NCBI GenBank assembly: GCA_965285935.1
Contig: OZ260661.1
Coordinates: forward strand, 34,534,001 to 34,598,000
DNA from: Ophelia neglecta
Lineage: Eukaryota
Length of the DNA stretch: 64,000 nt
Direction: 5' to 3'
Below, piece by piece: positions 12,801 through 28,200 of this stretch. Both the position numbers and the translations under genes were made by a program. Numbering within the stretch: the stretch's first letter is position 1; each line of letters starts with the position of its first letter. A model generated the notes under the pieces. That model was not told the origin of the DNA. It worked only from the letters and a program-made list of their open reading frames with translations, and searched no databases.

Positions 12801-15800
12801 ACTAACAATGTCACTTAAAGCAGAAATTCAAACATTTACGCTTTCATATAAAACCTATGAGTACAAGTCCTTAAATATGTCTCAGAATGGAACGTTACAA
12901 GAGTAATGGTGCGAGAGAGCGTATGCACGGACAATTACATTATTTGGCCGTTTGCGATTTATGAACACGCCTGACTGATTAACAGTGAACAGTCCGACCA
13001 AGGATAGTTTGATTCTGCCCTGTTACACATAATCTGTCTGAAGCTTCCAAATATTATACTTAAAATACTACTATTTTCATCAGTTGTGTTAAATAATGTA
13101 TGTTTGCTTAGCTCTTCTTCTTTAAAACGTACTTTTCGATATATGTGCCTTCACGAATAAGGTGCCAAATAAATATTCTTTGATGACCACTATCCGAGAA
13201 TTTAGTGTCGGGCATGGTGTGTGTACATCTGGCCCCATCGCAGTATGAAACAACGCAATTTTTTAAGTTTAGAAGTAATCACGGCGCCATATGAGTGACT
13301 ATTAACTCCAAGGCCAATGACAGCAGTATGCCATGACTCAGTCTTTTTCGGATGTCATATGACATTCCCTTTCTGTTTATATATAAATATATATACTTTA
13401 AGTTTTCTCAGAACCAGAAACCAATATTTAATGTCAAAAACAATATAGTTTTGAGTATGACATTATACAATTTGAGTGAGGAACTAGTCTGTGTTATCGA
13501 GGAATATTCAGTGTATGTTCTAGAAACGTACTCACAGCATTGCTGAAAGCACTATAAGCCTAAGAAGCTGAATGTGTTTGTAAGATTACATGGCAATCAT
13601 CATATTTAGCACCTTTTGAAAGGGTTTTATAATCAAAGTTCTTTTAATCATGAACATGAAAAGCAATGACAGTAAAGGTAAGGTTCTTTGGTTTACATGT
13701 TATTTCAGCGACATACAGCAGTTTATTCATTCCTACGTTGTCCGTTCATGTCTACTAGATATAAAATGCGGTGCCACATGGTTCCATATAAGGTTCTTTG
13801 CTATTCCTATTGTATATTAATGACTCGGCTAATGTTTCTGATACTCTTCCTGCTCTTCGCCGACGACTCGAATGCAATTTCGTAACTGGTACCAATATAA
13901 AAGAAATGATTAACACAATGAACACAGAGGTATAAAAAAATTGTTACATGTCTACAGATAAATAAACTTACACTGAACGTTAAGAAAAGTTACTACATAA
14001 TATTTCATTATCCCACTAATTATAACAATGATCTTATTATAAAAGGTCATAAGATTGAGAAAGTCAGGCCCACAAAATTTCCGGGTGTCATTATTGTCAG
14101 TTGCCTTCACTGGAAAGATCACACTCTACATATTGAAGCAGCCCCCCAAGGGAGACCACCTGTAATTTGTTGTGGGCCAATCCTGAACCTTGTAAATACA
14201 TGTAGCGCCAAGCTTCAAGTGACCTAAACGTGTAGACGGGGTGTACACTCCTTCGTACAGCTCCATGAGACACATTTTTGGAGCCAACAGCCTCATTAAC
14301 CCTACTGACGAAATGACCCCTGTCAGATGTTGTCTGGTCATACGCTCTTTCCGGTTACAGGGTCATGTATTAGGCCATATGATACATGCATCGCTGAACT
14401 ATATTCCATGCCGTTCCATAAAAGAGGGACTGAGTATTCATGCATTTTGTGCCAGAACATTGGCTGGCCGCATCGTACAAGAACCAACGTTGAGTTCGGG
14501 TTCTGATGGCTTGTCTAAAGAGGATGGTCAAGAAATTTGACAGCAGATCCCAGTCAGATCCTGAAATATATGGAGCTTGTGTGAGTCTAGCTGATACTGC
14601 ACTGCTAACCAAGACGGTAACCACAGACAAGAAAGACAAGCCTTCAGTATAAGCTATGAGCAATATGGGTAATAGATATCCTTCAATCTGACAAAATCCT
14701 TAGGCCAGAGCATGCCATATTTGTACATGGTTTGAATATGAAACCTATGTTAGTGGTAGAACGCGGCGAAAGAAAGAGATGGCTTTTAAGGACATGGTAG
14801 CAAACCGTTTAATAATCCGTCCATCGTGAACGGTGTCTGTGTGCCAGATTTGTGCTAGGATGATGTTTAATACAATAAATGCATTCATACAAGTGACAAT
14901 TAAATAATCCAACTATGTAATTCGTGTATCGAAAAGACCGCACTGATTAGTTATGATTATATAAATATGTGTACATGTAAGATATAATGGCGATGTACGT
15001 TTAAAGTATATGTTTATTGAATAGCATTGAAGCACTCGTTTGCCGTTGTTCACACTTGTTTAGTGAGTGCAGCAGTCCTCTTTGCTAAACGGTACAGGAT
15101 TAATGCCTGAAGAGACGTTACATTTTTAGTCAAATTTTCTTCTCATTCTTTGACCTGATCTACACCGTAGACTCTTAAATTTGAATGCATGACTTATTTG
15201 GATGTCATTATATATTAATTTCGAACAAAATTTGGTCGGGGCAGGGAATGGACTGTTTTATTTCTCACAAGATCAGATGGCGGTCTGTTAGATGAAATAT
15301 GAAAAACTAAATAAGACTAACATCAATGTGCGGTATGAATAAAGACGGTTTAGTTAACACTTCGTTTGTGGACTTACATTAATCAAGAGTAAGGTGACCA
15401 ATTCAGGCTATTGAATACATGCGGAGGCTAAGCGGCGGCGGAGGACGTGGGTATTTCTTGGATTAAGGCGAACAAAAAATCTGCAGAAAGGATAGGATTA
15501 GGGCTGAGGGTAAGTTCTCTGTTTAAATTTAGATTTACTTTCGCCAGGCTTCGTTTGTTTTCAAAAGCCCATATTTGTAGAGACCAAAAAAATGATTCAA
15601 TCGATAAAACAGGGACAAAATATGAGGAACAGATGACTTCGAACCATAAACTATAAATCTAGGAAGCAATCCGTTACTGCTGCCAAGTTACTCGTTTTTG
15701 CTGCCATGGTAGTGAACGACGAATGAGGTTTTAGGCATGGCATTTCGATAATGGTCCTTTAACTATGAAGCGTCGTCCCCTGATGAATGTTGTCTCCTGC

Positions 15801-16180
15801 GTGACCGCTGTCTTGTTTGTCCTGATTCCCAGGCTAAAGCTGTGGGCCATATCCGAATTTAAAAATGTCATATATACTTTATGGTGAAACACAACTTATT
15901 TTGTGAGGTCCACGACAGCCTGGTAAAATATACTCACGTTCAGCACATGCGTTGCCTGTTTCATGCATATTACTTGTAGGTTAGCTTAGTCCCAATCTGT
16001 TTCTGTTGTTATTTGGCGAGATGTGCTATTCTTTGTGGTTCCCTGAAGATTAAATTGGCATTCTCTGTTTGTTTACGAAATCAAACATATATTATGAATT
16101 CGCGAATAGATTAAACGAAGGCATAGTTATTTTTTATGTTTAACATAATTTAGTTATACTAAAGCCTTTAATAAATGTAA

Positions 16181-16207
16181 TGTTATGTTATGTTATGTTA
16201 TGTTATG
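16181..16207. repeat. (TGTTA)5 microsatellite
   Basis: Read directly. Confidence 0.9.
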
Positions 16208-19200
16208 ACGCATATAGAAAAACGTTTTTTCAGTGAATAGTCACATGTTTAGTATGTTATTATGTATTTTTGTTGGGATAGCCATAAATTACATTCGGTA
16301 TGTTTTGGAAAATGCGGTAGAGGCTTCTGCTACGAATTCTTGTCGTTTTATATTTGTAAATTCCAATTCCCGTTTGATGGTGATTGTGAAGAATGTATGC
16401 CGACAGTTCTTTGCCCTTTTAATAACTCTGAAGATAATGTCAAATTAATTCCAACATTTCTGGTCATGAATTCTGGAGCGCAGGTGGATATTTATTAGAC
16501 AAAGTCTTCCATGAACGAATCTTCTTTTAAATAAGCAGAAATGTAGACCTTAATATGTTTGGGTAAAGAAGCAGCTTTATAAATAATGAAAACGTATTCA
16601 CGTTAAAATTACAAATCAAAGACAATATTTATGTTAACACTTATAAACGTTTTTAAAAGTTTTGCTAGCATTAATGCTTGCAAATTCTATAGATAGGTAT
16701 ATTGTAAATGTCGCTAAGTTGATATAAATGTATGTTTAATTTGAAATGTGTATAATCTTACTAAGTGCCTGGATTATTTGGACGAGGTATTGTCTAATCA
16801 TTAGAATTAGGAGTCATGTTCGTTAAGGATAGCTTGCACCACGTTTTATATTGGACACAACTTTCTTTTATTTCTAGCACAACCTTTCATTGCTGATACA
16901 ATATTGTGTTAGGTCTTAGTTTTGCCAAAGTTCCTAAAACGCAATGTGGCTACCCTATTTGATTTGCCAAAAGACATATCACGTAGTGACAAATGTCAAT
17001 TCAATCTTTCGAAACAAGAGCTATATTCATTTAGATGCGAGATAAAATAACAATTTATTTTCATAATTTGGCAGGTCGACTATAATGCTGGGAAACAACA
17101 CATGTGCCAGATTAATCTGTAACGACCAAGTTTTTGCCATCAAATATTGATGCCTTCAAACTTTCAGCTACTACATGGTTTATTCGGCACATTGTGGTAG
17201 ACTTTGCCCTTTAGTAGGTGAATAGGGAAGCTTTAATAGAGCAGGAAATTTCGGTTTTGAAAGGCTTCGGGCGTATTGGAATAAAGCCAAAGAGTAGATT
17301 GCCTTTAGATAATGCACCGTTTTTTAATAAATGATTAATGGTGGACCCCGACTCCTGTTACGAATCTCTCTCAGACTGGATCCTGACCGCGGCGTCTTCT
17401 AGAACTGTTCTTTTTATCCTGTTCGGTTAAACATTTGATAGTCTAGATTTGATTGCGAAAAATCGCCAATGAAATATGAGAGAACGTCATGCAATATCTG
17501 AACATCATGCAATTTTATTTCAAACGAATTCTTATTATCATACATGACGTTACCGGAGAATTTGAAGCACAGGGGATTCTGTGCCATACACAGTGTGTAT
17601 TAAGGGACTGTAAAAACCAGGGACACAATGCATCGTAGTCCCAAACAATAGGTGGATGTGGTTATGCCCCTGTGAATTTATGGTTGCAAAACATATCTGG
17701 AACACGTTGGACATCATTATTTATCTGTCCTGACCGGTTGAATTGGTTCTCTGTAGAAGGGAGGGGAGGGGACGGTTGGGTGGTGGGAATGGAGTTTGTA
17801 AAAAACAGCATATGACCTAAAGTTATTTCTTAACACACGTATTGTCAAATAATGACTTTTATCTTTTCGTTCCGATACTGGTTTATTTATTTCTTCATAG
17901 CTTAGGTTACTCGGTAGTATAGGGGTTTTATAGTATATTGCAATAGGCATGCAATAGCCGGTGGAATACAATGAACATATTAAGATATAAATATTGAAAT
18001 TTCCGTTAAACACGAAGAAAGCCTCTGATATTTTACTGAGTGTGATTCAACTTTTCTTCCAACAGTCCTGCTGGGCTTTGGACAGTGCTTCAACGTTATC
18101 TATCTTTGCTAACGCTGTGTAGCCTTATGAAGGAATAACGAAAGACACATCACTAAGAGGCCCACAAGGGTATCCTTTGTTAGATGTTCAGGGTGATATA
18201 TGTACTCCATGTTCAATGAAAACATCAACCGACTCCAAGCAACTGGAAAAGAATGTTTTCCAGATACAACTCTTTCATTATTCAACAGTCAGGTGATAAA
18301 GTAGGTCAAAAGTATTTAGGGACAGCCAATCGATACTCTAAACCCACATACTAAGAATGTATAGATGTGCTTTTGATATTGTCGATTTCAATAAAAACGT
18401 AATAAAATAATTCTCATATGCGGCCTTAGTTATTATTATATAAGCAAGTATGTTGGCTAACTTAGAAGGAATGTTTGTAGAGCTCTATGTCCCATCGATT
18501 GCCATATAGGTCTACGCTAGTCTTCAACAGACATTTGCCTAGGACTGTGGTGCAAACATGTAATGGTGTCGCAGTGGATGATGTATTATTTCCCGCGGAT
18601 AATGAGCTTACCGAGAGCTTAGGAAATGCTGCGTGCACATGATATATATCCTCGCTGGGAGTCATATCTTCAAATTTATTCGCTTAAAAGCATCAGGAGA
18701 TCGTAGATTGATGTGACTGCATTTTATATTAAGACAGCACTTGCAACATTCGTAGCATGGACATGCCCTGTTCAGAGGCAAAATCTATATCCAACCAGCT
18801 TTACCAGTCTTCTTTCAAAGTGGCATAAGCATCGAGTTAAAAAATACTTCGTGAAAAGCGATTTTTAATATAAGTAACGTGTTTTATATTTTGTGGGCGA
18901 GCAGTTGTCAGTCCTTGCTATATTTCAGACCAATTTATTGGCCTTTTGTGTTTAAAGATTTCACTTTTCTACCTGGTATGCATTCCCATGTTTTCTAGGA
19001 ACCTTTATTTACTGACATGCCACTTATTGGATACACTCCTATTTACAGTCCTGTTTTGTAAAAATGCTGCTGTTTCCTTGTTATTTGACAATCATTTGCC
19101 TTTGAGCAGGAATTAGAACATTTTTTATTGAAGGCGGCGAAGAGATTGCCGCGATTTATATAGATCGAGACGTTTTCGTAGTGATCGGAACCTGAGTGAC

Positions 19201-22200
19201 CAAATCTGGGGTTTGTACAATACCTGATATTACCTGAACCGTGTCTATGCGGCGATTGGCAGATATCTCCAAGGCACTCTCGGCTATTCCATTGGACGAT
19301 GCAGAAGCCAAAATAAAATTTTCTGTTTTGAATGATTAATGTTCCTTAATGTAAATACAGTCATGCTGAACAATATTTCCGAGCATATTAACGCAATTCA
19401 AAACATTTTATATCCCAGCAGACCCAGTATAAAAAACAGGACGGCGAATATATCATCGTCGTGCCCTTGTGAAAATGATATTATGTATATATATATGTGT
19501 GTTTTAAGAAAGTTTAATTCAGGAAAAATATAGAAGACAATGATAGTATGTCAGGAGATGCCTCTATGCCTTTGAAACTACATTTCGACTTCTTCGAAGC
19601 AGTTTCAAATATAAATGTAGAGTTTACGGTAGTGATGACATGTTCATTGACAACTTATATGTCTACAACCCTTCTTTAACTCCAGGTCCCATGTGAGTTG
19701 TTTATTAGTAAACTATAACATAAGCCATGTTAACAATAGATATCCACTCTGTCGGAGTTACTTAGTCTAAGGATTGGATATATAAGTGATTAGATATGAT
19801 GGTCCACGAGAGGAAAATTTACTTTTGGTCGAAAACCAACAGTATCGTGTAACATTGGAACTATTTATTGACAATGTAGCATGTCTGGTCTATAGAAAAA
19901 GGATGTTTTACATTTTGCAAAATAATTGACCTTTGCGTTATTCATATTTATGAGGTCTTTACCTGAAGGGAAACCTTTGCTTTTACCTAAAATGTTGCAA
20001 AATAGAACAAGGCACACAATATATTCCCCCGGGAAATCAACGTCGTGGATATAGGTTCCTTAATGTCTTATTTCTGACATTATCTTCCACAGCAATGACG
20101 CAGGTGTCTTCCGGCGAGGAAATGTAAATCGGTGAAGCATCCGGCTGACTATCATAAGTAGCAAGTGCAAAAAATATAAGTATAACGTAAATATGATAGT
20201 ATGAATGCTTTTAAGCTTACATATTTTAAAAAAAGAAATTGATCTTAAGTAAGCTAATGGACATATACCAATAATGTCAATATTAGAGGCCACGAAAGCC
20301 CACGTTTATATTTATGCCTGATTAGATGGCCATGTGATCAAAATTCCTGTGCTTAGTGAGAAAAAATAAATATTGTAACTAAACTTATTTTATTCAAACT
20401 TTATACACGCTATAGTTATGTACATTATTAATGAATAGGCCATATTTTGACTGCCTAAATACAAGTGTGAACTCTCTCCTCAATTGCTTTATTTGCACGC
20501 TCTCCCCATAATGGCGAAACGCTACTAGTCCCTAATACGAATGTCTAGTGGACTATACTCAAACATTGGCTCAACTAAGCCATATACCAGAAGAATCTCT
20601 GTTCACTCTCTAACATAGCTCTGCATAAACTGTTGCCCTGTCTCAAATCATTTTTTTTAGTGTAAGTTGATTTGTGTTCTCCCATTATGTTCCCTATATG
20701 ATACATTATGTTCGCCCTAATAATGCATTATGGAGGAATATTCTTATACTCTGTTTGACCCTCTTTGACTCTCTTCGTTGTTGCAAGTCGATGGAAGAAC
20801 TCAAAGCAACGATTGCATGTCTTTACCAATTAGTTATAGATTCGATGGCATCTTTAGTTGCGATTGATGGCTGCGGCAATGCGATCTTTTATGATTACTT
20901 CATTTCTGTTGGAAATCCGCTTTTCCTTTCCACAAATCATACATAACTTGAGCAGGATTAGGATTATTGAACATTAAACAACGCATTCCGGTGTAAACGT
21001 GTTTGAGACCCCTGAATGGAAGGTCCACCCTTACCTTCATTTACTATCCCTAACCCCAACGTGGGAGTCACCCCCCCCCCCCCCCCACTCGGTCCTGAAG
21101 CCTAGTATTTGAAGTTCGGCGGTCTAAAAAATCTAGTATATTTGGCATTCATTCTCGAAATCCTGGTTGATTACGACCGCCTAAAATCCTGGTATAATAC
21201 ACCCGCGGTCTTATTACCACCGGGTTTTGCATACGAGGAACCAAATAAACATATACACCGGTGTAAACTCCAAACAGGATACCCATGGATTTGCTTTAAC
21301 TCTTTATTGGATAAAAAGGTTCATACTGCAAACACAAATAAAACAAGCAGTGAGATAGAATCTTCATGACACAAACAGTGATCAAATAAAGGCAAGTATG
21401 GCAGAATGCAATGTCACTCGTGTGGAGTGTATGGTATCTGTCATCAACGCAGGTTTGACATTTATGAATGATATTTCCTTCTAAGCCACTGGTAAATCAT
21501 GCGTTTACACCATTGCAGTGAATGTTATGCAAAGTCAGTTCACAAGGAAATAGCACAGCTATGGGATTAAGTCCGCGGATTTGTTATTATGAAATCTCTT
21601 GATGGTGATGATCCAATTATAATTCTATTCCATGATATTAACAGAACACAATCTGTGAATTTAAAAGGCGACATGAAAATAGATCATGTCTTTATGATGT
21701 GACATGATATGACATGTATCTTTATTGCATAAAGTTCTTTACATAATCTAAAGATCAACATTACTCAGATAATAATCTTATAAACCATCTGTAGATTATG
21801 TTAATTTGCTTGGGGACCTTATTGCCATTATTCTGAAAGCCGTAAATATAGCCCTTTTTTAAAGCGCAAAATATGTTTAAACCATTATACAATGTACTGC
21901 GGTAGTTATTCGAATCTATTAAGCATCCTAGGTGCAAACGTTATTTTAACGAAAACTATTTGTAATGCACATAGAAACCATTTACGAGCTTGTGCACAAA
22001 ACAAGCAAATGGTGCTTGTGAAATAATTCTTTATATGTGTTCCAGTTCTTCATTCCAAAATTATTATCAGGATGTGTTCCATATTCATTCCAATGTTATT
22101 ATTAGGATGAGTACAATTCTTATATTTATTTCTAATATTTCTTGGCGATTGCCCTTGCTCGTTATTTACAGCTGGAAGTGTTCGATAAATTCGGTTTAGC

Positions 22201-25200
22201 CCCGATTATTAAAAAAAATCTTTGAACTCAGCAGTGTTTTGGTAGAGTCGCGTCTTCGTTCGTAGATCAGCTTTGCTTGAAGTATTTGCATTAGTCTCGT
22301 AATGTAAACCATTTTACAAAAAGTAACGCGGAAAGGTGTAAATACCACATTTTGTTTGACTCCAGGGAAGCAAACATAACATTTTCTTGAAATATACTCA
22401 TCTATAAACTAGCTTTTATATGTTTCATGCGGACTAGAACTGGGTAGACTGGAATGGGACATACCACTATATTACCAAGGCAAATATTAATCATTCATAT
22501 TCCGAGATTTCAGATCGTATACTACCCTAAAATGTCTGGTGCATTGTTATTGGTGCATTTTGCTTCTACACAGTATCAATTCAATCAATGTGACATCCGG
22601 TAATACACGTTAAAAAGGCCCAAATTGATAGAGTCTTAAGGCATTGGCTCAAAAACATGATTTTATTGAGAAGATGCGAATTCGGCACTCTGCTCACCGG
22701 AAATCATATACTGCGTAATTACTGGAATAAGATATAAACACTATTAAGCCTGTAGGCCCCAATCACCATCTGTATATTCACCGATTTAAATGAGAACCTT
22801 TTTGTATGTTTCCATTACTATAAATATTCACCCTTTCCAAAGGTGTTGCAATTCGATCAATATGGAGTATTTGTTATTAGATATTCCTGATCGAGAATCG
22901 TAAAAATGCCTTCAATTCATTGCCGGCCGGAAACTTAAACAATACCACTTTGTTGGATCACAATATATGTCCGAACACACAAAGCGAACTGAAATCTTTG
23001 GGCCAACCTCGAATGTACTGGCTCGGAGTACAAAGCTATCTTGGCCAAATTAACATAATGGTGATCCAGAAAAATATCTTGATCCCTCTGACAAGAAAGC
23101 CCTAATATGTCTTCCACTGATAAAATATAGGCTGCAACTTCCCAATAATTCACAGCACCGGGTTTTTAATGATTCGCCAGATGGCGCTTACCTATAATTT
23201 CGTAGACTAATCACATTATTCGTAAAATGCGGATAGCATATTTCTTAGCCGAACAAGATATATTTCAACTCCAGAAGAGATGTGTACACTTCTATATTTT
23301 CAAATACTGGCCATTTAATCAAATTATGTTTGGTTTGTATAGGCATTGAATGGCAAAATACTTGTGCTTGTAGTATTAAGTTTTATAAGAATCTCCATGA
23401 TGGAAAGATGTGTACCAGGCTTACAGTTTTGTTAATCTGTATTGACAAACCCTTGACTTGTTCCTGCGGATGCACATTCAAATGAAAAGCAAATATTGAT
23501 CGTCAGTTAGTTGTTTATGTATTGAAGCTTAGCCAGAATCGTATTGCCTTGGTAACCATCGTGAGATCCACAGAAAAAAACATATGGTTTTAAGTGGAAG
23601 GCAGAAATGCAAATAACATTTACATGAATTCCCATTTTACGATGAGAGGCGAGGGCCATGATATATTCACAATAGTCACATCATTAATAACTCAATGTGA
23701 CACGACATGTTATTATTTGGCAATGGCATTACTCTGCCAATCCATATTTATGTGAACTTGTTTCACTGTAAATATCAGTACTGGATCCACGGCAGAAAAA
23801 AACAAAGCAATTCCACCGGCCATCATGTCGTGTGTTTTACTTGGATAACTGTGTCTTTGAAAATGCCTGTTTCAATCTGAAGGAGTTAGAAAATGTTACT
23901 CTGTTATTAGACACCAGAGCTACAGGTACTTTGCTAGAATCAGACAGGAAAGCACTTGCTCCTACAAAATCGACACGTATCGAATTATACCTCACTTATG
24001 CTGGGTAAATCTGTATTATATTGGTATGAAGGAAAGGGAAGTTTCTAATTAAAATCGAAATCATCACTATTGGCTTCAAGGGGTAAAATTTAAATTGAAT
24101 TTCGTAGTAAATTTAGTTAAATCCAGATTATAACAACCATCGGGGTCGTCAGGCTAATTTTGTATTACTAAACATGCAGGATAAATATCATATCTGTTCT
24201 GAATTGTTTGTAATTATAAATAATTAATTATCTGGATAAATTCTCAATGTGAAATATTTACCCAAAGTATTTATAGATTAATAGTCAATATATACAAATT
24301 TGCATAGGAAGGAGCACAACTGGGCCCCATTGAAATCCAAATTGTTTAACTGTTTCCCGGAAACACCAGCCCACACCTGATTAAACGTGCGTTCAAACTA
24401 TTGACCAGCAAAGCTGTTGCGTTTAACAATAGCCGTGCAATGTGCCATGATAAAGAAATCACAATGCGTTGGTTTAAAGGAAATCTTACACTAATTAAAC
24501 AATTATTATTTCAATGCTTCACCAGTGGTGATGACAATTCTTATTCTCGAACAATAAACTATAAATCCAGGCACGAATTAGCAGGGTTCAATAATATCAA
24601 ACAGCGAAGAAGGCAAAAGCACAGCAATCAGGTAGATTTGACAAACCTGTATATGTTTCCTAATTGCCTTTAGAGGATCGTTTGGACAATTCCTGCTAAC
24701 AAAACATACAAATCTCACTTGACTTGGCCGAATGCGTCTAAGGCCTGACAAGTCCTTCGCATTCGCCGGGGTCCCCCGCAAATTGCCCTTTTGCACCGCT
24801 CTCTCGCAACATCTGATAAATCACCAGCATTTTCGTCAATTCCCGATTATTTTGTTTGTGAGGAATATTCTTTTACCCAAAAGTATTTCTCTTTTTAACT
24901 AATATAGGCGTTGTCGATGGTGTAACAGCTTCTGACCACTTACTCTCAAAGACAACACTTCCATTTTGATCACCTGCGACCCAGAAAAGAATGTCAAGTC
25001 CGCCGCAATGCCCTAGACAGAATTTTGCAAACCGGGCTTACTTTTTCAATGTTTTAAACATGCTTATTGGAAAAAGAATTAACCATAAATTAACGTTTAG
25101 TTGGTTCCTGCGAAATACGAGTATCACGTGTATATGTTTCAAATGAGCAATATGACATCAGGATACTGCATATGCCGTCCGCTTAAAACAATAAATCATC

Positions 25201-28200
25201 AATATCATTAATGTCATATTCATGTTATCTGAGGATTACTGGGATTTGTGCTTTTTAAAAAGGTACACTAATACAACCATTACTCACTCTTATAAATTTA
25301 AGGTGGCGTTGATTCAAGGTCGTTTAGTTTGATAGGTCTTCCTAATATATTACTGCGATCTGTATTTTCACTCCAAAAACAGCCCATGTTCAGTCACACT
25401 CTTAGTTTACATCATTTGTCCATAACGGTTATGTTGTTGGCCTGCTCGCCTCTGTGATTGACGTAATAGGAGGTCATCGAACTACTTCTCAGCGTTGTCA
25501 GGTTATAGCGTGCCTTGGCCCTCAATTTTCCCGATAGCGCATTGTAATAGTTGAAAATCTGTTAAGGTCTAAAATAGGAGTAATATGAGCAACAAGGCAG
25601 GTACTACAGCCCAGGCAAATATCTAGGGACTGATCTGTGTATATGCTAATTATCAAAAGGTTGCCAGAAGGGGCAGTGGCTTCCAATCCGACCATGAACG
25701 AGGGTTGTCAGGTCAGGTAGCGAGTGCGTTTTCCCTTCCAAACTGACAACAATTCGGCTTTGGAACAATTATTGTGATACTGGACAGATAATGAAACGGG
25801 AAACGAACCATGAAACAGGCTACACATACAATACAGTATTGCGCTATTTAAACCGTGATTATAAAAATAGTACGATCTGCACGAATTTGAATCTATGGAA
25901 AACATGGCCTTAAATCAGTGACTTCTTGGCAAAGGTCGAACATTTGTACGTAAAAGATCGCAAAAGAACCACTTTCCAGGAGCCAGGAACTGAACAGCAA
26001 CAATCACAGAAAGTGCGCTGCCTTACTTTTACGTTCCCTTTATCGGCTAGTGCCCTTTCTTACACGCGCGCCGTGCCCTTACATACACGCGCATCGGAAA
26101 CTTATTTGAACGGCTAGGATAAAAAAACCGAATCATTCTAAATTGAGCAGATACCATGGATATGTTAACAGTTATCAGTAGCTACTGTCTACTAAGTTTC
26201 AGCTTCGAAAAGTGCACCAAGCCGACAGCAGCGGGAAATTAAGGTGTTATTTCTCCTACTATCGCCCACGCTTGATGTTGCTCGAGAATTGTTCACAAAT
26301 AGCGATCTCGATAAATCAAGCCAGTACACAGGATTGACAACGAATTTTCTAACTTTCGTTTGATGTATTACACAAAGACTGTCAAGCAATAAATTGGTAG
26401 ATAAAACAGATTCACTCACCTTGGGGTGTAAGGAAAATGATGCCGTCCACGAGGCGCGCGTAATTGTTGGAGCTTTACCCTTACAAATTTCGCACGATGG
26501 GCTACCGTAATGCTGCAACACATAGAGATATACCAATTGTCACGTTATATTGTTTCGTTCTGTTGCAGGGGCATATGAATTGGCGATGTGATGTGGATAG
26601 TCCATAACACGGTTATTGAGGCTTAGTATTCTAAGTAATAGGGGTATCAATGGTTTTTAGCGTATTTGTCATTGTCCCAAAGAAAATGATAAATGCAATC
26701 ACATCATTACGAGATAAAATCGAACTTTGGGTCAGCGAAGGTAATGCAAGAAGGCATACCGCGGCTAACCACTTAGACAGAATTGGCTGACGGGACGAAA
26801 TTTACTACGATTATCTTGTTATCGTACTTTGTCATTTAGTTCTGACATTTTGCCCGACACCAACTGACCAATTCATTGTTCACATACAGCGTGCTCGAAA
26901 TTGCTACACCCTCCCCTCTTCCTGCAAACCTCGATCTCAAGGATGGTGTAAGAGAATAATTTTCAACTCTGTTATATAGGCATGTGTATTTATGATCGCG
27001 AGGATCTTTTAACATCCATAAATAATTCAAACGGGGAACAATTTCGCCGGCGCCAACTTCCTGTTTCACTGCAGCAAGCAGCCGAGTCCAACGCAGTTGT
27101 ACCTTTCAGCACAAGCCAGTTTCCAATTGTAGCATGGTAGATTGAGTTATGTGAACAAAATAATTGCTTAACGAGCAGGGTGCCTGTGACCTACATCTGG
27201 CGAGTGTGAACAATGTACATGTACTATCTATTTATGCAAACTATATATATATATATATCAGGTATATATAATTCCATTTAGAACAACACTTCTTCGTAAT
27301 ATTGAACGGTTGCTTAAAGAAAAAGGAAGGTATTTATGTTCACATTTGTCAACAGTGTTAAGTAGGCTGATTATGCTTCCCTGATACTAAATTAGAGAAT
27401 ATCTACAACCAGCAAATATTTTTTTACCAGAGATGGCAGCGTTTTGTCCCCCAAAAAGTATGCTGTAACATTTTAAGAACACCCGGTAGAGAATACACTT
27501 GATGCAGAGCTGTTGCTTTATTCATCACTGACCACAGGTTAGAGTATTATTATACTCTTGAGCCGGAAAAACTGATATATTCCATAAGCATATTTATAAT
27601 GGCGAAGTGGCATAAGTAAATAGGCAATAAAGAGCTCTTATTGGTCCAGTACTTAAGAATTATTGATGAGCATTATTTGTCACATCACTGTTACATTGGA
27701 TATCCACTTCCGTGTATTTATCATCATTGTATTATGATTGACCCCCTTCGGGTCTTCGGATCAATGTCTTTCAGGCATATCTTAAATTGAATGTGAAGTG
27801 TTGAACCTCTTTACAAGATGACGTATATTTGCTCGATACCATGTTACTTATTTGATAACTAAAGGTATTGACATTTAAATCCTACTTTTAGTAAAGGAAG
27901 CTGAAAAATACAAGTAAGGGAAACAAAACCCGGACTGTCGGCTTTCCCTTGGTGGTCAATGGAAAAGTGCAGATAGGTGCAGTATCTGCCCGATCAGATG
28001 ATTGATTTCCTAGGATGGGTCATTACAGGGACACCTTAGCAGCGGCACAGATTTCTATTATGCAATAGAAGAAAAATTGTGGAGCATGGTCCAATTTCGA
28101 TGATGGATTATGGCATAGAATACATGTCAAAGGGTTGAACTTAACATGACAGGCCGGGCACCTAATTATCTTAGGTGGGAATGTAATATATCCAAGCCGC

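Noticed and set aside
20988-21268. 11-bp direct repeat CCGGTGTAAAC flanking a poly-C segment, as a possible target-site duplication
   Set aside because: No TIRs or tail define an element between them; may be chance.
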